From positions 895-64,894 of the forward strand of contig JBGSTD010000065.1 in assembly GCA_041736675.1 (NCBI GenBank): DNA of 64,000 bases, in the 5' to 3' direction. Source of the stretch: Salaquimonas sp. (lineage in GTDB: Bacteria; Pseudomonadota; Alphaproteobacteria; Rhizobiales; Rhizobiaceae). Shown in pieces: positions 35,581 to 45,289 of this stretch (position 1 is its first letter; every line of letters starts with the position of its first letter). A program made the translations under genes and the position numbers. The notes beneath the pieces are model-generated. The model was not told where the DNA came from and ran no database searches. It saw only the letters and a list, made by a program, of their open reading frames with translations.

Positions 35581-37206
35581 CTAACGGGCGTTTTCCTTCA
35601 TTCGTAGTTCTATCGCTCTTGCAAGATTTGGAGCCGCTTCGATCAGCTCCGAGGTATAGGTATGGGCGGGTTTGGAATAGACCGAAACCACGCTCCCTTT
35701 TTCTACAATCTTACCCGCTTTCATGATCATGACATTGTCACAGATCGTTTGAACGACTGACAGGTCATGGCTGACAAAAAGCCATGCAAGGCCAAGCCGC
35801 TCGCGCAATTCAATAATGAGATCGAGGATTTGAGCGCGGATTGAGACGTCCAGGGCCGATACCGGTTCGTCGGCAATAATCAACTTCGGCGAATTGACGA
35901 TGGCGCGGGCAATTGCGAGCCGCTGGCGTTGACCGCCGGAGAACTCATGCGGGTACTTGGCAAGATCACTTGCTGCAAGGCCTACGTCCTCAAGCGCCTT
36001 TACGACCAATTCGCGCTTTTGCGACCTTTGCATGGCATGGCGCAGAAACAAGGGTTCACCGACCAATCTTTCTGCGGTGTGGCGCGGATTGAATGAACTG
36101 TATGGATCCTGGAAGACTGCCTGCACGAATTCGACGATTGCCTCTCTCTGAATACCATCAGGGCTTCCGATCAATTGTCCTTCAAAGAATATTTGACCTG
36201 CGGCAGGCTGCATCAGGCCCAAGAGGGTACGGGAAAGGGTAGATTTTCCGCAGCCGGACTCTCCCACCAAGCCAAGAATTTCACCTTTCTGCATTTTCCA
36301 GCTGACATTGTCGACGGCCCGGAAAGGTACACCTTTTCCAAACAGGGAAACTCGTTTGCCCGGATATTCACAAACGAGATTGTCGACTTTAACCATTGGC
36401 TCGGAATGCTGGTCAATCTTGCGGTTTTGGTTTTTGATAGGTTGATGTGTTGAAGCTTCGGCCAATTGGGCTGTGTAGGGGTGTGCTCTTTGCCTCAAGA
36501 CCCGAATGGCGTCGCCCTGTTCGATCATCTCACCTTTTCGCATGATAACAATATCATCTGAGAGTTCCGCAACCACTCCAAGATCATGACTGATCAACAA
36601 TAGCGCCATATCATTTTCTTCGACCAATTCTTTTAGCAAATCAAGAATGCGGGCCTGAACGATCACATCAAGCGCTGTGGTCGGTTCGTCCGCAATGAGC
36701 AGTTTGGGCTTCATCGCGCAAGCCATTGCGATCACCACACGCTGACGCTGGCCGCCAGACAATTCATGGGGAAAACGGCTCAGTGGATGTTTTTCGAATG
36801 GCAGGCCAACCCGATCAAGAATTGCCCTGGTACGCTTCTGAACTTCCTCCTCACTCGCGCCCGAATGAATGCGAATGCCTTCGGCAACCTGTTCGCCGAT
36901 GGATTTCAGCGGATTGAGCGCCGTCATTGGTTCCTGGAATACCATACCGATGTCATCGCCGCGAAGGGCGCACATGGCTTCTTCATTTGCATCCAGAAGT
37001 TCTGCACCGTCAAATTTGATTGAGCCTGTGGTTCTTGAGCCGCGCGGCAGCAGTTGCATCATCGCGAGTGCAGTGAGCGATTTGCCGGAGCCGGATTCTC
37101 CGACAAGTCCGGTGATACGGCCTTTATGCAGTTTGAAGCTGATATTTTTGAGAATGGACTTGGTGCCGATCGCAAGGCCAAGGTTTTCCACAGAGAGGAT
37201 CGACAT
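35581..37206 (-). CDS. fused double ABC ATPase (dipeptide/oligopeptide type)
   Basis: Walker A motifs are GESGSGKSL and GESGCGKST, with the signature LSGGQRQR twice. 541 aa. Confidence 0.9.
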   Translation of the reverse strand: MSILSVENLGLAIGTKSILKNISFKLHKGRITGLVGESGSGKSLTALAMMQLLPRGSRTTGSIKFDGAELLDANEEAMCALRGDDIGMVFQEPMTALNPLKSIGEQVAEGIRIHSGASEEEVQKRTRAILDRVGLPFEKHPLSRFPHELSGGQRQRVVIAMACAMKPKLLIADEPTTALDVIVQARILDLLKELVEENDMALLLISHDLGVVAELSDDIVIMRKGEMIEQGDAIRVLRQRAHPYTAQLAEASTHQPIKNQNRKIDQHSEPMVKVDNLVCEYPGKRVSLFGKGVPFRAVDNVSWKMQKGEILGLVGESGCGKSTLSRTLLGLMQPAAGQIFFEGQLIGSPDGIQREAIVEFVQAVFQDPYSSFNPRHTAERLVGEPLFLRHAMQRSQKRELVVKALEDVGLAASDLAKYPHEFSGGQRQRLAIARAIVNSPKLIIADEPVSALDVSIRAQILDLIIELRERLGLAWLFVSHDLSVVQTICDNVMIMKAGKIVEKGSVVSVYSKPAHTYTSELIEAAPNLARAIELRMKENAR

Positions 37207-38087
37207 CAGTTTTCTCCCCGCAGTTTCGGATCAAAGGCATCGCGCAGGCCGTCGCCCATCAGGTTCAACCCGAGAACGGTCAGGATAATTGCTACGCCGG
37301 GAAAAATTGCCATATGCGGGGCAAGTGCAATCATGGTTTGTGCCTCCGACAACATTCTGCCCCAGCTCGGCATTGGCGGCTGGGCACCAAGGCCCAGATA
37401 GGAAAGCCCCGCCTCTGCGAGGATGCCGAGCGAGAACTGGATCGTTCCCTGAACAATCAGCAGGTTCAAAATATTCGGCAGAATATGCTCTACGGTAATG
37501 CGGGTAGCACCTTTTCCTGAAACCCTTGCTGCGAGAATGTAGTCCCTGCTCCACAACGAGAGAGCGGAGCCTCTCGTTAACCTTGCAAAAACAGGAATGT
37601 TGAAAATGCCGATCGCAATAATGGCATTGATGGCGCCGGGTCCGAAAATGGCTGTGATCATCACCGCAGACAAAACCGAGGGGAAGGCAAAGACGACATC
37701 ATTGGTACGCATCAGGATTTCATCGACCCAGCCGCGCTTTGCAGCTGCCCACGCCCCCAGCGGGACGCCGATTGCCATGCCGATTCCGACGGCTACAAGA
37801 GCAACGGCAATTGAATTTCGTGCGCCGATCATGATCATCGAAAAAATGTCGCGGCCAAAGTGATCTGTTCCAAACAGGAATTGCACCGACGGAGATTTTA
37901 GGCGGTTGGCAATCACCAGATTGGTAACATCAAAAGGTGTCCAGAAAAAAGAGATAAGCGCCATCGCAGCGACAAGAAAGGTTATCGCCGCGCCGAACAG
38001 AAAAGATCGGGAGGCAATGGCGCGATCCCAACCTGATTTTTCGCTGATTGGTGGTTCAACCGCCGGATTGGTCGCGGGCATGTTCAT
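37206..38087 (-). CDS. ABC transporter permease (DppC-like)
   Basis: 293 aa, multi-TM, with permease core YILAARVSGKGATRITVEHILPNILNLLIV. Its stop overlaps the ATPase start by 1 nt. Confidence 0.85.
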   Translation of the reverse strand: MNMPATNPAVEPPISEKSGWDRAIASRSFLFGAAITFLVAAMALISFFWTPFDVTNLVIANRLKSPSVQFLFGTDHFGRDIFSMIMIGARNSIAVALVAVGIGMAIGVPLGAWAAAKRGWVDEILMRTNDVVFAFPSVLSAVMITAIFGPGAINAIIAIGIFNIPVFARLTRGSALSLWSRDYILAARVSGKGATRITVEHILPNILNLLIVQGTIQFSLGILAEAGLSYLGLGAQPPMPSWGRMLSEAQTMIALAPHMAIFPGVAIILTVLGLNLMGDGLRDAFDPKLRGEN

Positions 38088-39034
38088 CGTGTCGAACTCC
38101 GCAGGCGCGGGTCAATCCAGGCGTAGAGCACATCAACAAGAAAGTTGATCACAACTACTGTGGCGACGAGGAGAAGGACTGTTCCCTGTACTACCGGAAG
38201 ATCGTGCTGGGTGATTGCCTGAAAAACCAGGCGACCAAGGCCAGGCAGATAAAAAACGTTCTCGATGATAATGGTTCCGGCAAGAAGGAACGCAAATTGC
38301 AGCCCCATGATGGTGACGACCGGGATCATCGCATTACGCAAGGCATGGTTCCACAGCGTCTGGTTTTTTGTCAGGCCCTTGGCTCTTGCGGTGCGGATAA
38401 AATCCTCGCCGAGCACTTCTATCAAGGCGGAACGCGCGACCCTGGATAAGATGGCCGCCTGTGGCAATGCAAGCGAAACAGCTGGCATGGCAAGGGATAA
38501 CAGAGCAGGCCAGAAACCGTTTTCCCAACCGGGAAATCCGCCGGAGGGAACCCAGCGCAGCACCACTGCGAAAATGTAAACAAGCAGCAACGCGAACCAG
38601 AAGTTTGGCACAGCAATACCAAACTGTGTTGCTGCCATGATGCCGGTATCGCTGGCTTTGCCGCGTCTTGCTGCCGCAAAAAGACCGACGGGAATGGCGA
38701 TGATGGTTGACAGGAACAACGCAAGGAGGGCAAGGGGAAGCGATATCCAAATGCGCTCGCCAATAAGTTCCGAGACCTTGCTTGAATAAGTCAGGCTGGT
38801 TCCAAGATCGCCGGTCACCAGTCCTGAAAGCCAGCTCAGATATCGCGTTACAAGCGGGGCATTCAGTCCCATTTGCTCGCGCAGGGCGGCAACAGCCTCT
38901 TCGGTCGCATTGATACCAAGCATAAGTCGTGCCGGATCGCCTGGGATGATTTCAAGGACAGCGAAAATCACGACGGTTGCAAAAAGCAATGTGACAAGCA
39001 GCGAGACTAGACGCCGTGTCAAAAACCAGCTCAT
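38084..39034 (-). CDS. ABC transporter permease (DppB-like)
   Basis: 316 aa, with core FIRTARAKGLTKNQTLWNHALRNAMIPV. It has a 4-nt ATGA overlap with the next permease. Confidence 0.85.
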   Translation of the reverse strand: MSWFLTRRLVSLLVTLLFATVVIFAVLEIIPGDPARLMLGINATEEAVAALREQMGLNAPLVTRYLSWLSGLVTGDLGTSLTYSSKVSELIGERIWISLPLALLALFLSTIIAIPVGLFAAARRGKASDTGIMAATQFGIAVPNFWFALLLVYIFAVVLRWVPSGGFPGWENGFWPALLSLAMPAVSLALPQAAILSRVARSALIEVLGEDFIRTARAKGLTKNQTLWNHALRNAMIPVVTIMGLQFAFLLAGTIIIENVFYLPGLGRLVFQAITQHDLPVVQGTVLLLVATVVVINFLVDVLYAWIDPRLRSSTR

Positions 39035-39127
39035 GTGAAGTTTCTCTTGAACAAGTTTAGTTGCTCTATCTCAAACGCGGTTGGCAAGCGGCAAAAATGC
39101 CGCTGCCGCTTTTGTTTCAAGACCTGC

Positions 39128-40627
39128 TTACTCGGACCAGCTGACCCCTGTAAGATCATTTGCCTGAACGGGAGAGTTTTTCCAAAGGCCGTTAATCTTG
39201 GCATTCCACACACCGGTCTTGGCGAGTTCGAACAGATAGCCGTTGACCGCATCAATGGAAATGATCGACTGTGCTTCTTTCATCAACGCATATCGGGCTT
39301 CTGTCTCACTCGTTTCATTCAACTTAGCCATTACATCCTGCATGGGCTTGCTGTCATATTTGAAATAATAGTCCTTGTTGGCGTAAATACCGATGTCCAT
39401 TGGCTCGGTGTGGGAAACAATCGTCAGATCGAAATCGCCCTTGAAGGGGCCTTCGAGCCATTGTTTCCATTCTACCGGAATGATCTCCAGTTCAATACCG
39501 ACCTCGCGCAATTGCGAGGCAATGATCTCACCGCCACGACGGGCATAAGTTGGAGGGGGAAGCTGCAGTGTCGCTTTCATTCCTTCAGCAAATCCGGCCT
39601 CGCTCAAAAGCGCCTTTGCTTTCTCGATGTCGCGCGGATAGGTGTTGATCAGATCGGCATTGTAAGCGGGGTGGTGGGGAGCAAAGTGGGTGCCGATGGG
39701 GGTGCCCTGGCCAAACATCGCTCCGTCGATTATTGCCTGCCGGTCCAAAGTGTGGGCGATAGCCTGACGCACTCGGATGTCATTGAATGGCGGTTTCGAG
39801 TTGTTGATGGAAAGGATTGTCTCGCCTTCGGTTGATCCTTGAACAACAGCAAACCGGCTGTCTGCTGCCAGTTGTGGCAAAGCTTCAGGCGCAGGGAAGT
39901 TGGCAAAGGCATCCACATCACCGGCGAGGAGCGAATTCGTGGCGGCGGCGGCATCAGGGATGATGCGGAATGTAGCGCTTGCCAAAGCTACAGGCTTGCC
40001 CCAGTAACCGTCGTTCCTGACGATCTCGATGGAAGCGCCCTTGGTCCATTTGCCAAACTTGAACGGGCCTGTTCCGACCGGGTTTTCCTTGTTGGCTTCT
40101 GCTGTTTCGGAGGCCACGATAACGGCATCGCCCCAGCCCAGATTGAACAGAAAATTACCGGCAGGATTTGCAAGAGTGACTTTCACGGTAGCCGGATCAA
40201 CCACTTCAACGTTTTCTATCGCGGCAAACAAACCTTTTTGAGCGTTGGTCGAGTCGGCGGCCCTTGCGCGGTCGAGGGAGAACTTTACATCCTCCGCATT
40301 GAAATCCGAACCGTCGTGAAATTTGACACCGGCATGCAGTTTGAATGTATAGGTCTTCCCATCTTCCGAGATTTCCCAGCTTTCCGCCAGGGCTGGGATC
40401 ACTTCGCCGTTTTCATTGATGCGGGTAAGGCCTTCGAAGACGTTTGCATAGACTACTTCGTCAATCGCGGCAGCCGCGCCGGCGGTCGGATCGAGATGCG
40501 GCGGTTCAAGTGCAACCCCCATGACAAGCGTATCCTTTGCGGCGAAAGCCGGAGTTGTCAAAGCTGTAGCGGACAAAAAAATGGCTGCGGCTCCTGCTAG
40601 TACCGATCGCTTCATGGACATCGTCAT
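39128..40627 (-). CDS. ABC transporter substrate-binding protein, family 5
   Basis: The start is taken at ATG 40627, with GGGAGA 8 nt upstream. The signal peptide is MTMSMKRSVLAGAAAIFLSATALTTPAFA. The body is a family-5 SBP. Confidence 0.85.
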   Translation of the reverse strand: MTMSMKRSVLAGAAAIFLSATALTTPAFAAKDTLVMGVALEPPHLDPTAGAAAAIDEVVYANVFEGLTRINENGEVIPALAESWEISEDGKTYTFKLHAGVKFHDGSDFNAEDVKFSLDRARAADSTNAQKGLFAAIENVEVVDPATVKVTLANPAGNFLFNLGWGDAVIVASETAEANKENPVGTGPFKFGKWTKGASIEIVRNDGYWGKPVALASATFRIIPDAAAATNSLLAGDVDAFANFPAPEALPQLAADSRFAVVQGSTEGETILSINNSKPPFNDIRVRQAIAHTLDRQAIIDGAMFGQGTPIGTHFAPHHPAYNADLINTYPRDIEKAKALLSEAGFAEGMKATLQLPPPTYARRGGEIIASQLREVGIELEIIPVEWKQWLEGPFKGDFDLTIVSHTEPMDIGIYANKDYYFKYDSKPMQDVMAKLNETSETEARYALMKEAQSIISIDAVNGYLFELAKTGVWNAKINGLWKNSPVQANDLTGVSWSE

Positions 40628-40862
40628 CTTCGTATTCTCCCTGGTTCGCAATTATTTTTTAACACTGCATCCTGGAGAAATCTTAGGACGAATGAGCGGT
40701 GCTTTGCAAATACCAAATTCATTGTTTGGAACCATTGCCGGGAATAAGGCGTTGGTTTAAAAGTGCTTGGAAATCCCGATCAGGATCCTGCCACTTCAAT
40801 GCCTGAGTTGGGTCGTTTCCAAACCAGGAAGAGTTTCCGCGAGAACGGCCAGGGAGAATGAA

Positions 40863-41231
40863 ATGTATACAGATTTTGCGGTTTGGAACGGCATTATTTT
40901 GGGCGGCATTGCGGGTTGTGTTGCAACAGCGCTGGTTGCCAACTGGCTCAAGGCTGTTCCTGTGTCGGCGGTGGCCGGAAATCCCCTAAAATATTTGTGG
41001 TCAATCATTTTCGCTGTGCCGGTGCCATTTCTGTTTGGGCTCGGCGGTGCGTGGGGGGTTGTGATTGCTTTTGCCTGGTTGGTCCTTGCACCGACAATTG
41101 CATCAAAAGCATATTTCGGCCCCAAGGATGTTCCCGCGATTACACTGAGTACATTTCATTGCGGATATGCGGTAGCGGTTCTTGTGGTTTATGTATTGGT
41201 GACCCGTTATTTGATGATCGCAATAAGCTGA
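40863..41231 (+). CDS. hypothetical small membrane protein
   Basis: ATG 40863 has an AGGGAGA SD. The 122-aa protein has four hydrophobic segments. Confidence 0.45.
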   Translation: MYTDFAVWNGIILGGIAGCVATALVANWLKAVPVSAVAGNPLKYLWSIIFAVPVPFLFGLGGAWGVVIAFAWLVLAPTIASKAYFGPKDVPAITLSTFHCGYAVAVLVVYVLVTRYLMIAIS

Positions 41232-41243
41232 TCGGTTAGTCGA

Positions 41244-42533
41244 TTATCTGCCCGACACTGACGGATGAAGCAGCGCGTGAAGCGCAAGCGCCATAATTTT
41301 CGCGCTCTGTATCATGTCTTCTATGACAATATATTCGTCAGGACGGTGGGCGAGATCCAGAATGCCCGGGCCATAGGCGATGCAATCGTGGAGATGGCCA
41401 ATGCGTGAGACATGCTTCTGGTCGTAGGTACCGGGAGAGACCACATATTCCGCGTCCCTTCCCAAAACCTGCCTTATTGCTGCTGCTACCGAAGCAGGAA
41501 CAGGCTTGTCGCGCTCGGTCATGTTGGGCAGCACTTCCATCACGTCGCGGATATTGTATTCAAACTTCGGACGGCGGGCTTTCAGGTCATCAAGCAGGCT
41601 GGTGACTTCGGATTTGACGTCGTCAAGATTTTCTTCAATCAGAAAGCGTCGGTCGATTGTCATCTTGCAACTGTCAGGAACATTGGGGCTGGGCAGGCCA
41701 TCAAAGTCATCAGTTTGTCCACCGTGCAGCGAATTGATATTCATGGTCGAGGAGCGGGCGCCTTCTGGAACCACCGGCATTGCGGTTTTCTTTAGGTCAA
41801 GTTTTGGAAAAAGATTTCTCTCGAAACTTTCCAACACGGCGCCCATGTGGCGAATTGCACAATCTCCAAGAAACGGCATGGAGCCATGGGCCTGTTCGCC
41901 CAGCGTTTCAATTTCCGCCCACCAAACACCCCGGTGACCAAGGCAAATCCTGTCCTTGTTAAGCGGCTCTGGAATAATGACATGATCCACACGCGGCTTG
42001 GAAAAATAACCTTTGCCGGCCAGATATGCAACGCCGCCATATCCCCCTGACTCTTCATCCACTGTTCCTGAAATTTCTATTGCGCCATTAAAATCGGCAT
42101 TGGTTGCGATATAGGCTTCAGCCGCTATGATGGAGGTGGAAAGCCCGCCCTTCATATCGCAAGTGCCGCGCCCATAGATTTTTCCGTCATGCAGGGTTGC
42201 AGCGAAGGGGTCGAAAGTCCAGCCTTCACCTGCTTCCACCACATCAATATGTGAATTGAAATGAACGGTAGGTCCAGGATTCCTGCCCTCAAAACGGGCA
42301 ATGATATTGGTTCGCGGATAGCGGTCACTGTCGCCGGGAGTATTCTCACCGCGGACATACTCTACCGCAAATCCTGAACGGGCGAGACGGTTGCCGATAT
42401 ATTCCGCGCAAGGGGTGTAAGCTTCTCCGGGCGGATTGACAGTCGGAAAGCGGATCAGATCCTGCGTTAGGGAAATCAGGTCATCGCGGCGCGCATCGAT
42501 GGCGTCAAAAAGTTTTTCATTCAGAGTTCTCAT
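41244..42533 (-). CDS. M20-family metallohydrolase (ArgE/DapE-type deacylase)
   Basis: Motifs: VHFNSHIDVVEAGEGW, GRGTCDMKGG and SGTVDEESGG. ATG 42533 is preferred over the TTG at 42557. Confidence 0.75.
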   Translation of the reverse strand: MRTLNEKLFDAIDARRDDLISLTQDLIRFPTVNPPGEAYTPCAEYIGNRLARSGFAVEYVRGENTPGDSDRYPRTNIIARFEGRNPGPTVHFNSHIDVVEAGEGWTFDPFAATLHDGKIYGRGTCDMKGGLSTSIIAAEAYIATNADFNGAIEISGTVDEESGGYGGVAYLAGKGYFSKPRVDHVIIPEPLNKDRICLGHRGVWWAEIETLGEQAHGSMPFLGDCAIRHMGAVLESFERNLFPKLDLKKTAMPVVPEGARSSTMNINSLHGGQTDDFDGLPSPNVPDSCKMTIDRRFLIEENLDDVKSEVTSLLDDLKARRPKFEYNIRDVMEVLPNMTERDKPVPASVAAAIRQVLGRDAEYVVSPGTYDQKHVSRIGHLHDCIAYGPGILDLAHRPDEYIVIEDMIQSAKIMALALHALLHPSVSGR

Positions 42534-42632
42534 GAAGGAACTTATCCACGGCGGCAAAGGTTTATCAATATGAAATTTTGTAAAAGCGATGCATCCCGCC
42601 TAAACACAAAAAATTGATCGGCAAAGTTTACC

Positions 42633-42647
42633 TTGATATCTGTTTGT
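42633..42647. promoter_or_regulatory. TTGATATCTGTTTGT motif copy in the M20 hydrolase / L,D-transpeptidase intergenic region
   Basis: This 15-mer is identical to 30959-30973. Confidence 0.35.
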
Positions 42648-42729
42648 CGAAAAAAATTATCGAAAAAATAGTCAAATGTGGTACAAATGAGGCGGGGTAT
42701 AAATGTTCAAGGGGGGCAGGGAGTTACAA

Positions 42730-43152
42730 ATGAAATTATTGTTGTCGACACTTATTCTATTGACCGGATTGTTTTCTAGCCCCGCGTTTTCAGCTGCGCT
42801 GGAGGCCCGTATTGACATTTCGGAACAGAAAATGCGGATTTACCGCCATGGAATTTTGACAGATAGTTGGGATGTTTCAACCGGACGTTCGGGATATCGC
42901 ACGCCAACAGGCACCTATCGGCCACAGCGCATGTACAAGGAGTATTATTCGAGGAAATATGACAATGCGCCTATGCCCTATGCAATCTTTTTCCGCGGCG
43001 GTTATGCAGTTCATGGAACAGGGTCGATCCGGGCCCTTGGTCGACCTGCATCACATGGCTGTATCAGGCTTCACCCCAACAATGCTGCTGCGTTGTACGG
43101 CATGGTCCAACGGGTTGGCAAAAAGAACGTGAAGATCAGCATTCGTAACTGA
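42730..43152 (+). CDS. L,D-transpeptidase (YkuD domain), secreted
   Basis: The signal peptide is MKLLLSTLILLTGLFSSPAFSA and the catalytic motif is HGTGSIRALGRPASHGCIRL. GGGAG lies 6 nt upstream of ATG 42730. Confidence 0.8.
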   Translation: MKLLLSTLILLTGLFSSPAFSAALEARIDISEQKMRIYRHGILTDSWDVSTGRSGYRTPTGTYRPQRMYKEYYSRKYDNAPMPYAIFFRGGYAVHGTGSIRALGRPASHGCIRLHPNNAAALYGMVQRVGKKNVKISIRN

Positions 43153-43171
43153 TTGATAAAATTGATTTATC

Positions 43172-44134
43172 TTAATGGCCGCTTGCAGTCGACTGCTTGC
43201 GGCCTTTTGGTGTCCGCCAGCGCTTGTGAAGCCACAGCCACTGATCGGGATACTCCCTGATCCATCCCTCCATCACATCATTGACCATGATGGTCAGTCG
43301 TTCGACATCCACTCTTCCGTCCGGAAGATAGGGCAGGTCAAGCTTGTCCTGCAATTCGATGCGAAACCGTCCGTTTGGCAATCGGACTGTGCGTGCCGGG
43401 TATACCGGACAGTTGTAATTGCGGGCAAGTTTGGCAAGCAGGGGATTTGCAATCGTCTTGCGGCCGAAAAACTCAACTTCCGGGCCTTTATTGAAATACT
43501 GGTCAGCGAGAACACCAACTTTGCCGCCATTATCCATGACCGCGGACAAGGCCCATGATGCGCCAGCTTTGGAGGGCACCAGATGCCCCATGTTGGTCTT
43601 GCGTGCTTTGAGAACCTCACGTGCCAGAAAGCGGTTGTTTGGCGGACGAAACAGAGCGGTGATATTGAGACCAAAGGCAGCCGCGCCAACCGGCAAAACT
43701 TCCCAGTTCCCCGTGTGGGCGGTGAAACAGATCGCAGGACCCTGATGATCACGCAGCTCCTCAAAATTCCTTGTGCCAAGAATTTCAAACCGGCCGTTTT
43801 CCGGGTTTTCAAGATCTATGTTGAAAATTTTGTCCAGAAAGGCGTATTCGGCTGCAGTCCGCCCGAGATTTTCCCAGACACCGTGCAGGATTTTCTCGAT
43901 TTCTGCAGCACTTTTTTCCGGAAATGCCAGTTGAAGATTTTCACGCGCAAGCTTAGTGCGCGGATGCAACATGCCAATCCTTCGCGTAATCCATGCCGTT
44001 GAGTTGATCGCCGCGTCGGCAGGCAAAAGCTTGATTGCTGCGAGAAACGTCAACAGCCATCTGGCCAAGGTCCAATCTCTGGCATCGCGCAGCCAAACAT
44101 ACCATTTAGGGTATTTGCTCAGTTTTGCAGCCAA
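43172..44134 (-). CDS. lpxXL: lipid A very-long-chain fatty acid acyltransferase (LpxL/HtrB family)
   Basis: It has the lysophospholipid acyltransferase motif HTGNWE and is the last gene of the acpXL cluster. Confidence 0.75.
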   Translation of the reverse strand: MAAKLSKYPKWYVWLRDARDWTLARWLLTFLAAIKLLPADAAINSTAWITRRIGMLHPRTKLARENLQLAFPEKSAAEIEKILHGVWENLGRTAAEYAFLDKIFNIDLENPENGRFEILGTRNFEELRDHQGPAICFTAHTGNWEVLPVGAAAFGLNITALFRPPNNRFLAREVLKARKTNMGHLVPSKAGASWALSAVMDNGGKVGVLADQYFNKGPEVEFFGRKTIANPLLAKLARNYNCPVYPARTVRLPNGRFRIELQDKLDLPYLPDGRVDVERLTIMVNDVMEGWIREYPDQWLWLHKRWRTPKGRKQSTASGH

Positions 44135-44170
44135 TGTCTCATCCGGATATTTGCGGCAATGCCATTGACC

Positions 44171-45256
44171 TCAGTCATTGATGCGCATGACAATCTTGCC
44201 GAAAACCTTGCGGCCTTCCATGCGTTCCAGCGCGCCGGTAAGGTCGCCAAATGCCAGTTCTGTGTCAATGACAGGGTGCACAATTCCCTTGGCCATTTTC
44301 TCCATGGCGTCGGTCATGTTGCGCATGTTGCAGCCGAAGGAACCGATCAGCCGCAACTGCTGCTGGAACAGCATCATCAAATTGGTTTCAGCCGATACGC
44401 CGCTCGTTGATCCGCAGGTGACCAGACGGCCACCGCGGCGAAGTACCAGCATCGACCCTGCCCATGTATCCTTGCCGACATGCTCGAACACAACATCGAC
44501 ACCCTTCTTTTTGGTAATCTTGCGGACAGCCCCCTCAAAGCGATCTTCGCGATAGTTGATCACGTGATCAGCGCCAAGGGCCTTGCATTGTTCGATCTTG
44601 TCATCGGAACCGACAGTGGTGATAACGGTGCAACCAATTTTCTTCGCAAGCTGGATCGCAGCGGAGCCAATGCCAGAGCCTCCGGCATGGATCAGAACGG
44701 TTTCGCCGCTTTCGAGTTTTGCATTGTCAAACAACATGTGTTCGCATGTTCCGAACGTCACAGGGGCAACTGCAGCAGCAATATCGGAAAGCCCTTCGGG
44801 CGCACGCACGACATTTCTCGCAGGCATGTTGGCATATTCCTGTGCATAGCCATCAAGGTGAAAGCCGTGAACGCCTTTGGGGTGTTCGCAGTGGTTGTCG
44901 CGGCCTTCGCGGCAGGGGCGGCATACGCCGCAAGTGGGGGCGCCGTAAATGGCAACCAGATCACCGGTTTTCAAACCACTCACGCCGGGTCCGATGGCAG
45001 CAATTTCGGCAGATGCTTCAGCACCGATTGTCATGGGGAGTTTGCGTTTGGCAAAAGCCATTCCGCGCCAGCCCCAGACGTCGATGTGATTGAGGGCAAC
45101 CACCTTTATTTTCAGTTGCACTTCGCCTTCGCCGGGAGGCGGGGGCGGGGCAACATCGGTAATTTTAACTTCACGGTCAGAAACAAGCTGAAGAGCGCGC
45201 AATGCTTTCTCTCCTGTATCAGATTTAAAAAAAGGAATAGCCGGTCGTTCATACAA
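44171..45256 (-). CDS. adhA2XL: zinc-binding medium-chain dehydrogenase/reductase of the acpXL cluster
   Basis: MDR motifs are CGVCRPCREGRDNHC and GGSGIGSAAIQLAK. It occupies the conserved position between fabF1XL and lpxXL. Confidence 0.7.
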   Translation of the reverse strand: MYERPAIPFFKSDTGEKALRALQLVSDREVKITDVAPPPPPGEGEVQLKIKVVALNHIDVWGWRGMAFAKRKLPMTIGAEASAEIAAIGPGVSGLKTGDLVAIYGAPTCGVCRPCREGRDNHCEHPKGVHGFHLDGYAQEYANMPARNVVRAPEGLSDIAAAVAPVTFGTCEHMLFDNAKLESGETVLIHAGGSGIGSAAIQLAKKIGCTVITTVGSDDKIEQCKALGADHVINYREDRFEGAVRKITKKKGVDVVFEHVGKDTWAGSMLVLRRGGRLVTCGSTSGVSAETNLMMLFQQQLRLIGSFGCNMRNMTDAMEKMAKGIVHPVIDTELAFGDLTGALERMEGRKVFGKIVMRIND

Positions 45257-45289
45257 ACGAATGCCGACTATGTGCGGTAAGGCACTTCG